A model generated the notes under the pieces. That model ran no database searches, was not told where the DNA came from, and saw only the letters and a list, made by a program, of their open reading frames with translations. A DNA stretch of 64,000 nucleotides from Setoptus koraiensis (Eukaryota; Animalia; Arthropoda), in NCBI GenBank assembly GCA_048013815.1, contig CM106586.1:1-64000 (forward strand), read 5' to 3'. The translations under genes and the position numbers were made by a program. Positions 62,386 to 64,000 of the stretch are shown here, piece after piece (positions within the stretch are counted from its first letter, which is position 1; every line of letters begins with the position of its first letter).

Positions 62386-64000
62386 CAACAGCCAGCACAC
62401 GCAACAACGCCAACCAACAGCAATGGCAACCAAGGCAGTGCCAACCAACCAACAACAACAACAATTATGCAAATTGAATACCTAACCACTTTTGCTCGGG
62501 CCACCCCCAACGGAAGGCGCTCCGATGAATCAAATTGCAACTTAACACACGCTTGTGTCGCCTATGCTGCAACACAAACAGCGCCAATGCAATAGGCAAA
62601 ATGCTTCATTGTATTGCTATGCACCGTCGGATGCAACTTATCGCGGCAGCATTAAACTTGACTTATCTCTCACTTGCGCGCCTTGTTAGCTCATTGCCGC
62701 CAATCGTCTTGGCAGCGTCTTCTTTTTTTTAATAATGGTGATGATGGCGAAACCAAACGCACAAACACACACACCACGCACATTAGGTAACAACAAACAA
62801 CAAGCCCCGCCGAGAAAGCGCCACACAGCCGGCGAGCCAGACACGAGAACGCGATTAGATTAGTTGATTATTTGTCGTCATATCTGCGCCTAATTATTGC
62901 GTCTCGGCAAGCCAAGTTTGAACGGCGCGCAGGGGTGACAATTGTAAATACTCTCACCTTGATACCTCACCTTGTGCCATTGTTGTGGCTGTGGTTGTTG
63001 TGGTTGTTGTCGTGGGTGCCGTTGCTGCCGGTTGTCGTGACGCTCATGTGACAATTCAGCTATATCAAATGGGCCAACAAGAAAAGTAAAGCTGCGTCGA
63101 TAAATAATTGGCAATTGAGAATCGAGAAATGAGTTTAACAAGTAAGTTGTAAGTTGAGCGAGCCAAATGGGCCGAATAGGCCGCTTGATGGATGCATTGT
63201 GGCAACAAATAACTAGCAACGTTTGCGTATGCAACTTGTTTAAAATAGCAAAATATATATAAATTATAATTGACTGCATCGCAACAACAAGCAAGCGCAT
63301 TTGCATTGAGCAGTCAAACTAATGCAACGTGCCCAAATGCGCCATCTCGTCACCCATCGGACACTGGCAATTTGGTGACTTGCCGCCATCATTATCAAGC
63401 GTCAGGGGCGCGCGTAATCGTCGTATCTCCATATATGCTCGTCATATAGAGTGGCATAAATAATATGATATCCAACAACGAAGCGACAGACAAAGAGACA
63501 AAAACAATAAACATAAATTATATTGCATATCTCGATTGTTTTTGTCTTGTGCGTTGTTTGTGTGCCAATGAGCGCGTGCTCGCCACGAGCTCACGTTGAT
63601 GCTAACGCGATGATGCTGATGCTTACGTCATCTACCTGATGATGATGCAGTTGTTGTTGTTGTTGTTGTTGTCGCTGCTGTTGCTGATGTTGCTGTTGCT
63701 GTTGTTGTGCCTGGTCCCCTGATGATGCTGGCACCGCCAGAATTGTGATGAGAGTTTATTAATATGTAAGCGCGTTACGTAACATATGCCTCGGTTATAT
63801 ACGAGCCATAGCTTCAGTTTAATGTTATATAATACATATGCATTGTGACCATATTTTAAGTGCCATTACGTAATCATAATCTAACGGGCAACATTATCTG
63901 ACGAGTGGCGAGTGGCACGAGCCACTTTACTGGCCACGTTGCAGACAGTAGTTTAGGCAAACAACAATAAACTGATTGGCTCATATTGTTCAAGCTCTGT

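Noticed and set aside
53270-63306. Dozens of 60-210-aa ORFs (poly-L/V/C/HT/SL, ISSHL repeats)
   Set aside because: They are translations of microsatellites, often open in several frames and strands, with no domains or coherent splice structure.
1-64000. Transposable elements, NUMTs, telomeric arrays, bacterial HGT genes
   Set aside because: No transposase, RT or integrase ORFs, no long TIR or LTR pairs, no tandem TTAGG, and no mitochondrial- or bacterial-like genes were recognised.

Overview
Eukaryotic (metazoan, arthropod-like) nuclear DNA in the standard genetic code. The compact, intron-poor layout suggests a mite such as an eriophyoid, but this is inference only. There are three zones. 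(1) 0.5-7.1 kb holds two tandem SLC16/MCT-like MFS transporter genes, followed by about 13 kb with no recognisable CDS but a striking 30-bp hairpin. (2) 20-43 kb is a very gene-dense core with few microsatellites: a neuropeptide-type GPCR overlapping an orphan ORF tail-to-tail, an intron-containing tRNA-Ser(CGA), CCT7, an ENT/SLC29 transporter, MOB2, eIF2B-gamma, VPS51, a 3-finger Glass-like protein, CCDC51, PTPMT1, PTAR1, a 4-exon secreted Gly/Ala/Lys/Phe-rich protein, TADA3 and a polyQ C2H2 protein. (3) 43.7-64 kb holds a reduced hindsight/RREB1 gene and about 16 kb of microsatellite-dense upstream DNA containing a TATA-driven secreted 6-Cys orphan gene. No transposase, CRISPR array, rRNA or HGT-like gene was seen. 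All exon models and homology calls were made by eye from recalled family motifs; no database search was run.
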